Assembly: GCA_043228905.1 (NCBI GenBank)
Contig: JBHGNT010000004.1
Span: 23,436,001-23,500,000 of the forward strand
Length of the DNA: 64,000 bases
Source of the DNA: Azolla caroliniana
Taxonomy: Eukaryota; Plantae; Polypodiophyta
Reading direction: 5' to 3'
Shown: piece by piece, positions 1 to 11,122 of the stretch
How the letters are laid out: every line of letters begins with the position of its first letter
Position numbering within the stretch: position 1 is the first letter of the stretch
Translations under genes and position numbers: made by a program
Notes under the pieces: generated by a model
Told to the model about the DNA's origin: nothing
Seen by the model: only the letters and a program-made list of their open reading frames with translations
Databases searched by the model: none

Positions 1-354
1 CAAGCAAGCCAAATGTTTGGAGGCACTACTAAAGTTAGAAGTCCTTTTCACAATGTGAAATCAAATTCTTGTTGTTTTATGTTCCAAATTTGATGGACTG
101 AGGGGCTAAGTTAGCCCTTCTATACATATATGGAATGTGGGCCAGATGTCAAAATCACTAAGGATTTATAACAAATGTATCAAAATAAAAAAAATAAAAA
201 GGAAAAGAAACAAGAGTGGGAAGGAAATTTTAAAGTATACATTGTAACTAAGAAGAAGAAATTGAAGGAATGACATGCAACAATAAAAGTTTGATGGTGA
301 AGGAAAGCGAAGAGCATTAAGGCTAAAGGAAAGCGAAAGAGAAGAGAGGACAAG

Positions 355-3300
355 ATGAATCAATATTATGTTCCTAATTCCTCAGAGCAGGGAGGGTTAA
401 TGAACATGAACATGAAGGTGGGATACAGTGTTGTGGATGATGCCATGGACCTTACCTCAGAGCTAGACCCACGTCTACCTTTGCTCCAAGATGCCCATGC
501 AGGTGACAACCTCCAAGACAAAGTGGTGCTCCTTAGGGTTGATCACAACGTTGTCAAGAAAGGTGACACCAAACCCTAATTCAATATGTGGCTACTTCAA
601 TATGTTGGGATTTATGATATGATGATGTTTCGATAATTGTGGGTGTCGATAAATAAATGTTTATCTTGTTTCAATAAGACTTGGGTATTTATGATATGTT
701 TCAATTAAGGCGGTATCAACCATAATCTCTAGCATACAACTTAATACAGGAATTAAGACTAGGTACAAATTGTTTTGTCAGTTAACTTTGTAACTGGTAA
801 TGCCAATAGCTTTATAGAATGAATATTAAGCCTAAGTAGCCCCTCTCATCTTATCCACCCAAATAGATAAAGGATGGCAATGAATGAAGAACAAAGTCAT
901 TAGCTCCCAATGATTGATGCAGCTAATCTTTGAATTGGGTGTTAATTGTATCATGATCTCGGGGCATGTTTTCTAGTCCATGCAATGTGTCAGTTGCAAT
1001 TTTATGAGTGCATGAACTCAATGCAAGTCAATATTTTGCAATTTATAGTCCTAGAACTTGATCGAAAAATCAATATTGCAATAATGTGCTTGAACTCAAT
1101 GCAATTTATAGTCGTAGAACCTGATTGAAAAATTAATATCACAATAATGTTCTTGATTTCTCTTACCTGTGAAAAATCAATCAATGATATACTTGCTTTC
1201 CTGGAATATCCATATTAGGAAAAATCAATGATCAATATCGAATTGATGTAACGCTTGCAACTATGTACAATATCGTGGAGCGAGGTGGCAGGTAAGCTCA
1301 TTTCACAACTTCTCTTCTCATCTTCTTTTTCCACATGGTTACTAATTTGATTCTACTTTTGGAAGTTTTTTGTTGTTTAGTGATGTAGTTAATGTCTTAT
1401 GTAGGTATTGCACGTTTATGAGTGAATATTTATTTGTTATATGTTGTGAAACATAAGAGACTAATTACCTCAAATTTTGCTACGTATAAATGTCAAAATC
1501 TAGACCCATCTTGATGACACATATTGGGAGGCCATTCGACAAGAAAACTAGAAAGATCAATATAAGACAAGATGATTCGGTGGATGCAGTAGTCTCGTAT
1601 TTGCAACACAAATTGAGGATCAAGTTCGTGGTTCCTCAGTTCCATGTGGATAATGAAAAGGATAGTCGAGGTATCCATGACATTGATACATCCATTAACT
1701 GGTTGATTCAAGATCTTCGTAGCCGTAAAATTGGCGGTATTTATTTACCTAATACTAGGTGGTTTGCGGTAAGTTATTCATATTCTTTTCATGAATCGGT
1801 AGATATGTATCTAATGAATTAGAATGTTCAACCCTCACGATGTCACATGGTTTTTCTTGAAATTAGGGCGAGGAAGACAAAGGAGAGTATATGGAACGAT
1901 TTGTAATTCAATTAGCTGGTTTGGCAGATGTGTATGTAAATGATGCATTTGGATCATGGCAATCACATGCTTCAACTTATCACATTACAAAATTCCTTCC
2001 TTCATATGCTGGCCTTTGCTTGCAAGTATGTATACCCGGTTTTCGATTTGCGGCTTTATATTATCATGTGCAAGTACATGTTCTTGATTGACTTATCTTA
2101 CATGCCAAGATTATTATATGAGGGTTACATATGAGACAAAATGTCTTGATAAAGACTGTATGCGTATGTTTCCGTCAATGTATCCTTTGAATGGAAAAAG
2201 TTACTGCCATATAGCTTTGGATGAATGTGGTGTGAAATTTGTGAAACGCGCACAATGAAGATGACATATGATACACACCATTTTATTACCATGTGATCAT
2301 ACTTCAAGCCTCTTAGGTTTGAAATCTACTCCGTAAAAGAAGGATTGCATGACATTCTACTGAAATGTGTATAACTCCATCTAGATGAAAATTTGCTTGG
2401 CACTCTAGAGTCATGTGATTACTCTAATATGGTTTGCTTGTGTTTTCACTTGTGGCAAATCACTGTTTAGCTGTACTGTTGTGTATATAACATTCTTATA
2501 CTCAAAATGTTACAGTAAATGTATGCCCATATCCACTTACACTACCGGTACATGATTGTTAACTATAGTTTATTGTTTCTTTTTGTTCCATAGGATGAAC
2601 TTTGCCATGTAAAGCTATTATTACAACCTACTAGGCCATTTGTTGCTGTTGTTGCTGGTGCCAAGTATGATACAAAGATTGGGCCATTGGTTGGAATATA
2701 CAATAAGGTTGACAAACTTATTCTAGGTGGAGTAATGTATAACACATACCTTTGTGCGAAGTATGGAGTGAAGATCAAAGGCATACAGGTATCACTAAAT
2801 TATGCATTTGTGATAAAAAATTTGAGTTGAGTTCCACATTCTTTTTTAAAGATGGAGTTTTGTCAAGAAATGGTTTCATGTTTTTTTATTGTGATAGCAG
2901 TTGATCATAAATTTTGATGATGAAATGGTTCCTTTGACCTGTAACTTCTAATGGCATGATATTTAAGATCCATGGTGTGAATGTAGGAATCTGATATAGA
3001 ACTTGCAAGACATCTAGTGGAGCAAGATGCAATTGAAAAGAAAATTATTGAGTTGCCCTTCCTTATCGAGTCGAATATATTGGAAGCAAGGAAGGATGGT
3101 CAATTCCGCAAGATCTCTGTGAAGGTGAAGTATATATGCTGCGAAATGTAGTGAAAACTCCCATCTTTCTTTGATCAAATTTTGTTAGTTAATTTGTAGA
3201 TTAGATCATAAAAGTTCAGGCATTTTGAAAAGTAACTTAAGTTTTGTGTTAATTATATTATTAGGAGTTCACCAAAGGCGCAGAATATAATTACGTTCTC

Positions 3301-4027
3301 GACGTGGATCCCACTTCATTCGAAACAGAACCTTGCAATTCAGCATTGAGATCGGCAAAAACCATTTTTGTAAATGCGGTTATGGGTTTAATGCCTCACT
3401 TTTGGCATGGCACCAGTAAGATGAGCGAGGTTATCAACGAGAATATTACAGCTCAAAAGTTTTTTGGAGGGGGAGATACGCTTCAAGAACTTAAGAGGTA
3501 TGGATTTTCACGATTGAGATCCAACTACCACATCTCTAATTTTTCCTTCAGCTTTGGTGCCTTCAATGTTAGTTTCTAATTCGTTGGATTATTACGTTAG
3601 TTTGTCAAATTGATTCTTGATTACTTTGTGTGTCGACATTTAGTTTCTAACTCATTGGGTTAATATGTTAGTTTGTTAATAATTTGATTCTTGCATCACT
3701 TTGTGTGTGTAAATCAACACTCACAATCTACTGAATATCTAAATGTTCCTTTTCACTTACACAACTTCTCTAATCCGTCTGTCAATTGTCTTCATTCCTA
3801 TTTGTTAGCATTGTCTTAATTCACTGACCTAATCAATCATCTCTCCATGCAGTTTACATCCCAAGCTATATGATGAAGCTTTGCATAGCACAAAATATTA
3901 TTTGTTTACTGGTGGGGGAACTGTCCTGAAGGTGATAGAGGAAGGGGATCCATATGGCCTTGAGATTGTAAGAGCACTCATCGAGAATAAAGAGAGAATG
4001 AGCGATTCACTCAGAGTATCCACATGA
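355..4027 (+). CDS. PGK: Phosphoglycerate kinase-like protein (divergent), 8 exons, ~481 aa
   Basis: GT-AG exons 355-562, 1219-1291, 1504-1768, 1867-2025, 2594-2788, 2987-3124, 3265-3497, 3853-4027 join in frame (1446 nt). PGK motifs in order: [60 protein letters not shown]. Confidence 0.9.
985..1155. repeat. ~70-bp tandem repeat in PGK intron 1
   Basis: 'tgaactcaatgcaa...tttatagtc(c/g)tagaac(t/c)tgat(c/t)gaaaa...aatat' occurs about twice in tandem. Confidence 0.6.
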
Positions 4028-4225
4028 TCTATATAGAGATTGGAGACGATTTTTTATGTGAAAGAATATGGGCTAGAGATTGGCAAACTGTGATCAATAA
4101 TTTTGGTTTTAGTGACATATTGGGGGGAACACATGATCAAAAGAATTTGATCCAATAATGTTTTATATTTTCTAGTGCTTTGCTTTGTAGGATGTTTCTT
4201 TGTAAATATGTTGTTTAAACTTCAA

Positions 4226-4505
4226 TGCAATTATTCATTCCATCAACATATTGATATGTTCTTGACTTCATTGATCTTTAAACATTAAGGAAATATCCTG
4301 TTAAAAATTGAGCAAGAAATAGCATAAGATTTTAATCTTTAACAGAAGCATATGATGATCTGATCAAAGCAATTATTCATTCCATGATATATTCAAGATA
4401 TGTTCTTCTGGCTTCATTGATCTTTTAAGGAAATATTCTGATATAATTAGACCAAAAAATAGCATAAGATGTTAATCTTGAACAGAAACATAATGGTCTG
4501 ATCTG
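4226..4505. repeat. ~143-bp tandem duplication downstream of PGK
   Basis: 'gcaattattcattccat...aaggaaatat...aaatagcataagat.ttaatctt.aacagaa' occurs twice. Confidence 0.7.
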
Positions 4506-6374
4506 TTGGCATGGAGCACTATTATTGGTAGCGGGAAATCGTACCAACATGGTGTTCCTAAGGAAATTCACATTTTTAACTATTAATTCAAAGAGGGGCT
4601 TTATTTGCAAAGGAAAAAAACAATTAGGAACACCATATTATACTAGTCTTTTTGTTCGCTGGGACAGCGGCTGCTTCTTAATTGGACATAAAAATTTTGG
4701 AAGCAAAACTAATTGCTCTGTATTTTTTAAATCTCTATCAACGAGATCATGTTGTTTCCATGTCCCAATTGTGCAAGGAATTAGTAGACCCAATTATATC
4801 GCTCTATATGTTTGATCCTATTAATTCAAATATGATGGAACATTGCAAGGATGGACAATATACATCACCAAAATTTCTGACAAATTTGATACTCCACTTC
4901 GTTTAGAATATTTATGCAATCTATAACGCGAAAGTATTTAATTCATGTTCAATCAATCACCTGGGCAAAGAGGTAGGTTCATTGCAAATCTAATTATTAT
5001 GTGTTGTATTCCATAATAAGAATGGATTCTTCAAAATGCCCATTCAACAATCATGGTTATCAATCAATCTTGATTGAAAAGTGTGTCAATTTCCTTTACA
5101 AAAGTATGCAATGCATAAAAATGTGAGCTAACTAATTCTAGAGAGGGTCGCGATATCTTGATTGATTTATTGGATGCGTGCAACCAATGACCAAGTTAAC
5201 AACTTAAGAGGTGGACAGGTTGAGTCAATGATATTATTCCCATACATACATTCTGATATGGAGTTTAAAAAGAAATTAATTAGTTAAAGTTATGCCTCAC
5301 TTTTACTTATCCAGACATACATGGATGGGGTGCAATATGCACCAAATTTGGATACACATTTATATATATCATGTTGTCATAAACATTTTAGTCCATTGCT
5401 ATTTATAGAAAAACAAAGTGTATGTTAAGCTTTAATAAAAGGTGATATCTTTGATATTAATGAAGAATAATAAAAATACTCACACCATCTCATGCTTTTG
5501 AGAGATTGGCATCTCTAATATTCAATAAATAGACAATGTGCATGGATGATCGGAAACAAATGTGCCAAGGCCCAAGAGTATATATTTATTCATGTCCCTT
5601 TTGTATTTTTGAATGTCTTTAAAAGGGCTATTTATTCACATGCTATATAGTTTGAACTTATTAATGTCGTTGGGGCTTTTGGATGTATTGCATGTACGTA
5701 TTGGAGATGGGATATGGACCGAAGCTATCACAAATAAGTAAATGCATACAACTATATGACAAATACTACTACGATTGCATGTATACCATACATATAGGCT
5801 ATATGAAACATATGGGTCAAAGTATGTAGTTATTACATTGGGCATACAAGATGCATGACACTATCATAAATATAATTAAGCAAAATAGCCCGGCATATTA
5901 AGAGTATCTACTACACCAATCATGATAACACGGGGAATCATTGAGTTGGGCGAAACACGATGAAACAAAATGTAAGATACATAATAATTCATTGGGCAGC
6001 ATATAAGTAACATGACATGCCATGCCATGCCATGCATGATAAGAGAGGAGTCGGAGAATCAAATAATAAGGTCAAAAATGAAGGTTAGCGCCCAAAAAAA
6101 TTTGTACATGTTACAAAGAGAGTTCAAGATAGTGAGTGGTGTTTGCCTTGTAAAAAACAAAAACAAAAACAAAAAAAACCAGCTTCTTGACTCCTAAAGA
6201 AAGAATACCCTCTCTATCATGTACACATACATTGTTTATAAAGGTCAAAAAAGAAAAGGAAAAAGGGAGGTGAGGTTAGGTTAGGTTAACTTAACATATT
6301 AGCTTGGTGTAGTAGGGTACTAAAAAGAAGAAGGAACTTGCTTGGCTCCCAAGTTTTAAAAATAAAAATGAATC

Positions 6375-8241
6375 TCATTGGCAGCATGAGCCAAGTGTAG
6401 TAGTAGTGGTAGAAGAAGTAGTAGTAGTGTTGGTATCATCAATGTCATTGTGGTGGTGGTGGTGGTCGTGGTAATCGACCCCGTGGTTCTGCTGGACCTC
6501 GATGTCGTGTTTGTGGTCCGAGGGGGGTAGGAAGCGCGCCCAAAAGGGATGGGCGCGCCACACGCGGTCCATCTCCTCGATGGGCACGTTCTTGGTCTCG
6601 GGCAAGAAGAAGTAGACGAAGGCGGACATGAGGAGCACCCAGGCGGCGAAGAAGAGGAAGATGGCGAACTTGAAGTGGCAAAGCATGGCGAGGAAGGCCT
6701 GGGCGATGACGAAGGTGAAGAAGAGGTTGACGGACACGTTGAGGGCTTGGCCAGCGGAGCGGATCTCGAGGGGGAAGATCTCGCTAGGAACGAGCCAGCC
6801 GAGGGGGCCCCAGGACCAGGCGAAGGCCGAGACGTAGACGCAGATGAGAACCACGACGACGAGGGCCCAGGCGCGGTCGATGGACCCCGTCCCTTGGGCG
6901 CCGAACTTGGCGCCCAGGATGGCGCCCACCGCCAGCTGGGACACCACCATTTGGGCGCCGCCTTCCAGGAAGAGCGTCCGCCGGCCCACGCGGTCCACCA
7001 CGGCGATGGACACGAACGTGGCCACCACGTTGACCCCCCCCGTGATGACCGCCGAGTAGAGCGCCGCGTCGCTGGTGAAGCCCATTGTCTGGAACAGCAC
7101 CGGCGCGTAGAACATGATCGCGTTTATCCCCGTGAGCTGCTGGAAGAACGGGATCATGACCGCCATCACCAGCTGCGGCCGGTATCGCCGCTCCAGTATG
7201 TTCCGCCATGGCCGCTCCACCCGCCTCGCCGCCTCGCTGGCCTGCACGATGTCCTCGTACTCCATGCCCACGTCTTGGACCCCCCTGATCTTCTGTAGCA
7301 TGGCCTTCCCTGCCTCGCGCTCCCCGCGCTCGATCATGCTGTTGGGCGTGTCCGGCAGCAGCGCCGAGCCGGCGGTCATGATGATGGCCGGCACCGACGC
7401 CAGCCCGAGCGACACCCTCCACCCCCACGGGCTCAGCCTCCCCGTGCCGTAGTTGATGAGGTTCGCGCACAGTATGCCCAACGTGATGGCCAGCTGAAAC
7501 ATTATGTTGAGCGCCCCTCGGAACTTGGCCGGCGCCATCTCCGACAGGTACACTGGAACAGACTGCACACACCCCACACACAACCAATGAATGAATATAG
7601 AACATCTGTGGGAACCCGTTTCTTTTTGGATTCAGGAAACTTCCATGGGAAACCCTAACGGCTCCACCTACCCTACCTGATTGGCGAAGCCGACGCCGAC
7701 GCCCAGCAGGATCCGGCCCACGATCAGCATGGGCACGTTCATCGCGAAGCCGTTCAGCGCGGAGCCGGCTAGGAAGCTCAACCCCCCCGACAGCATGGAC
7801 GGCTTCCGCCCGTACTTCCTGGTCACGCCCGACGCCGCGAAGGACGCCAGCAGCCCCGCCACGTACAGGGAGGATGTGAAGGTCGTCAGGATCTGGCTGT
7901 CGAACTTGCAGTAGTCGTTGGCGTTGGGGGCTTGCTTCTGCCGCCAGACGTCCGGGAAGAAGAGGGAGAGGAAATCGTCCATGGACGTGACACCACCTGT
8001 GGAAAGGAAAGAAACAAGGTTAGTTAGGGTTAGTTAGGGTTAGGCAGCCATGGATGGGATGGGATCGGATGGTACCTGAAATGCCGATGTCGTAGCCAAA
8101 GATCAGGCCACCGCTGGCGGCCATGATGCAGGAGATGATGACGAAGGAGGTGGCTTTGCCGGGGTATTGACGGACCTTGGCGGATGTGCCGCCGCCGCCG
8201 CCGCCGCCATGGGAGGGATTTGTGAAACCGCCGCCAGCCAT
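6375..8241 (-). CDS. STP: Sugar transport protein (STP/MST hexose:H+ symporter, MFS), 3 exons, ~557 aa
   Basis: Exons 8241-8076, 7996-7677, 7562-6375 with GT-AG introns. Motifs [90 protein letters not shown]. Confidence 0.96.
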
Positions 8242-8249
8242 GATTCAAA

Positions 8250-8410
8250 TGGAAGATGGATGGGATGGATGGATTAATGGAGGAGGAGGGATGGATTGGA
8301 TACACAGACAAATCAGATGGATGGATGGGATGGATTGGATATACAGACAAATCAAATGGATGGATTGGATGGATGGGAAGAGATGGATACACAGACAAAT
8401 CAGATGAAGG
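8250..8410. repeat. (GGAT)n-based minisatellite immediately upstream of the STP ATG
   Basis: Three copies of 'gata(c/t)acagacaaatca(g/a)atg' separated by GGAT/GGATT runs. Confidence 0.75.
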
Positions 8411-9389
8411 AAGCGCAAAAAAGAAGGACAGAATCAATTTATGGATTAAAGAGGAGAAAGGCAATGCAATTATGTGTAAAGATCAAGAGTAGGATATTGT
8501 TAGCAGGGATGGATGGATTGTGATACGATGCGATGGCATGGCCTGCTATTTATGCACATACATATATGTACATATATGAGATGATCTTCTGCGTTTCTCT
8601 GTCTGTCTGTCTGCTTATTTGCTGCTCTCTGTGCGCGTCTTCTCTGTGCTTTGTCTGTTTGGCTCTTCGGCTGAACAAAATAAATAAATAGATAAATAAA
8701 ATAACGACCAACTAACTCCTCGTCCTCGTCAGCCCTATCCCCCCACACAACATTATCCTCTCTCTTATTTTTCCTTTTTCCTTCCTCTCTCTCTCTCTCT
8801 GTGCTTTTTCTTTTTCTTTTTCTTTCCTTCTTCCTCCTCTGCTTTTTCGGTTTTACGTTTTTCGTTTCTTCTTTTTTCGCCTTTCTGCGTTTGGTTTCCT
8901 GCTTTCTGCTTTTCTTTCCCTTCTTTAGCTCATTCTGCTTTTCTCTTTGCTTTTTAATATATCTATAGACTATATCTATATATATAACAAAAAAATGCAC
9001 GACCTTCTTTTGGTTTGTCTAGATTTTTGGGGACAAAAAAGGCCCAACAAAAGGGCCCGGTGGGCCGTTCCGTGATCATCGGACTCGTCACAATGCTTGC
9101 TTCCAATGAACAAACGAATTATGTTTTCGCTACCCCCGTCCCCACTCTTGTCTACTTGATCCTCTCACTTCATGAATGACTCACGTGTTCCGCTGTAGAG
9201 TTCCTTGCCCAAGAGCAACCTCTATCTACTATTTTTCGACACATTCAGTCCATGCAAAACGAGGCCTTGATTTTCTTGCACCTCCAAACACACACACACA
9301 CACACACACACATATCCTTTGAGAGGAGGATAGTCCAAGAGTAATGTCCAACCTTTTGGACACAGAAGATGAGCGTTAGAGCTTTGGTC

Positions 9390-9760
9390 TACATGAAATA
9401 GAGCCAATGAAGCATATATTTAGGTATATGGGTTTACTTGAGATATGGAGTTTTAGAGGATTCATCTATCGCAAGGTCAATATATCTCCAAAATTCTCAA
9501 GGGGTTCCATTTCGATGAAACGAAGCATTTCAATACACCATTACCAACCTACTTGAGACTGAGCAAGGACTACCCTAGAACTTGAATTTTACTTAGGACT
9601 AAACGAACGGTGTTTTAAACTTATCTATTGACAAATGCTTGATGTATGCAATGATGGTCAATAGAAATGCCATCACATTTATGGTTAGGAGTCATTAGCA
9701 TATTCATGTCAAACATACTTAAGAAGCATATTGATCACAAAAGGAGATGAAGATAACAAT
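9390..9760 (+). mobile_element. Degenerate Ty1/Copia reverse transcriptase fragment
   Basis: Reads IHLSQGQYISKILKGFHFDETKHFNTPLPTYLRLSK, then LMYAM and GVIS-FMSN, matching the Copia RT C-terminal motif order. Frameshifted. Confidence 0.65.
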
Positions 9761-9814
9761 GAAGGCTAATCTCCAAGGATGGAACTTGAACCTAAATTAG
9801 ACGTAATGCAACAA

Positions 9815-10285
9815 AAACAAGGCATTTCTTTGAATTTGGTCACGTTCATTTCCATTCTAAAGGCTTGTGTTACCATAGGGACTATTGATAAGGCCAAGTA
9901 GATTCATGATGAGATTGTTGAACAAAAAACATTGTGCTTGCCAATGCCCTAAGTTGACATGTATGCCAAATGTGGTCTCGTTTGCAAAAGAGTGCGAGAT
10001 GTGCTTGAGGATCTTCCCACCCAAAATGTGGTCACTTAGGACACAGTTATTGCAGCATTGGAGCCATAAACAAGGGCATACAGATTCATGAGGACATTAT
10101 TCCTAAGGTATTAATGATTGGATCTTAGCGATGCATTGGTTAACATGTATACCAAATGCATGCTTCTTTTGAGATCCCAAAAAGTACATGAAAAACTTGC
10201 AAACCAAGATATTGTATCAATCACGGGGTAACAATCAAGAGGGAAATGGCCATCATAAATCTCTCGCCGTTTTGAAGGGATGTAT
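9815..10285 (+). pseudogene. PLS-class PPR pseudogene fragment
   Basis: VTFISILKACVTIGTIDKAK*IHDEIV, VDMYAKCG and ALVNMYTKC motifs like those of the PPR at 11123, but with stops, frameshifts and deletions. Confidence 0.8.
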
Positions 10286-10347
10286 GTGTTCGAATAATGC
10301 GGTATTTTAATTATAAATATAATACGTTCAAATTGGCTTATATCAAT

Positions 10348-10421
10348 GTCTGGATGGTGTAGTTGGTTATCACGCTAGTCTCACACACTAGAGGTCTCCG
10401 GTTCGAGTCCGGGTTCAGACA
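10348..10421 (+). tRNA. tRNA-Val(CAC)
   Basis: Acceptor stem GTCTGGA/TTCAGAC plus discriminator A; A box TGGTGTAGTTGG; anticodon arm CTAGT-CT-CAC-AC-ACTAG; T arm CCGGTTCGAGTCCGG; T-run shortly downstream. Confidence 0.95.
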
Positions 10422-11122
10422 ATTTTATCTTCTTCTTACCAAAAAGCTTCCTTCTTTTTTATTTCATTCATTGTTAGGATGTTTTCTTTCGTTTATCCAA
10501 AAGCAACATTTGTCAATGAGATAAACCTCTTTTTGTAAGAAAAAAAAAAGAATCCGAACTAAGACAAGCTACATAATAATTGTTATAATCTGTTCCTCTC
10601 AACAAGTTTTAAAACCATATACATGATGTTACATGAGATATCGGTGTGCCACATGGGAGTGCTCTTACAATATTAGTATCGTGCATGAGCACCGGTTGTT
10701 AGTCACACATATGTTGATATTTTGTGTGTTATATATGTATATGTGGTAGAAAGTTGCATGTATGAACATGTTGGGATCACTAGGTCTTGTATGAGAGTCC
10801 CTATATTTTATACAAAGGTTTAAATCAAATACAGAAAAAAAGAATGAAACGTCCTATATAAAATTTACAATGTTACAAACATGAAATTGCTATACAATTA
10901 GCGTGGGATTTTGCTTTTTTGAGGCCTCCATGCGATTCTTATTAAATTTATGCGTTTTGATGCCCATGGTTTCTGAACCCCTTTTGAATCTGAGAGAGGC
11001 AAAACAAGGCATGAATTGCCCATACATATTGATATGATCTCTCACTCATGTCATGAAAACGAGCTTGGGAGGTTTCAGAGGTAGAGATCACACAAACCAT
11101 ACCCTGCCATGGCAGCCACAGA

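Noticed and set aside
4660-5450. Possible DNA-transposase (hAT-like) remnants, also ~15700-16600 and ~37850-38600
   Set aside because: Only a vague coding-like texture; no diagnostic motif or termini that I could verify by eye.
6445-7914. Long overlapping and antisense ORFs (249 aa, 273 aa, etc.) over the STP gene, and similar ones over the second STP
   Set aside because: Expected by-product of GC-rich codon usage with few off-frame stops; no recognisable motifs.
8020-8045. ttagggttagttagggttagg, telomere-like sequence (also 6272-6290, 63957)
   Set aside because: Too short and irregular; lies in a small intron or UTR; not a TTTAGGG array.
8500-9000. 166-aa Lys/Arg-rich ORF
   Set aside because: Translation of a CT/T-rich low-complexity tract upstream of STP.
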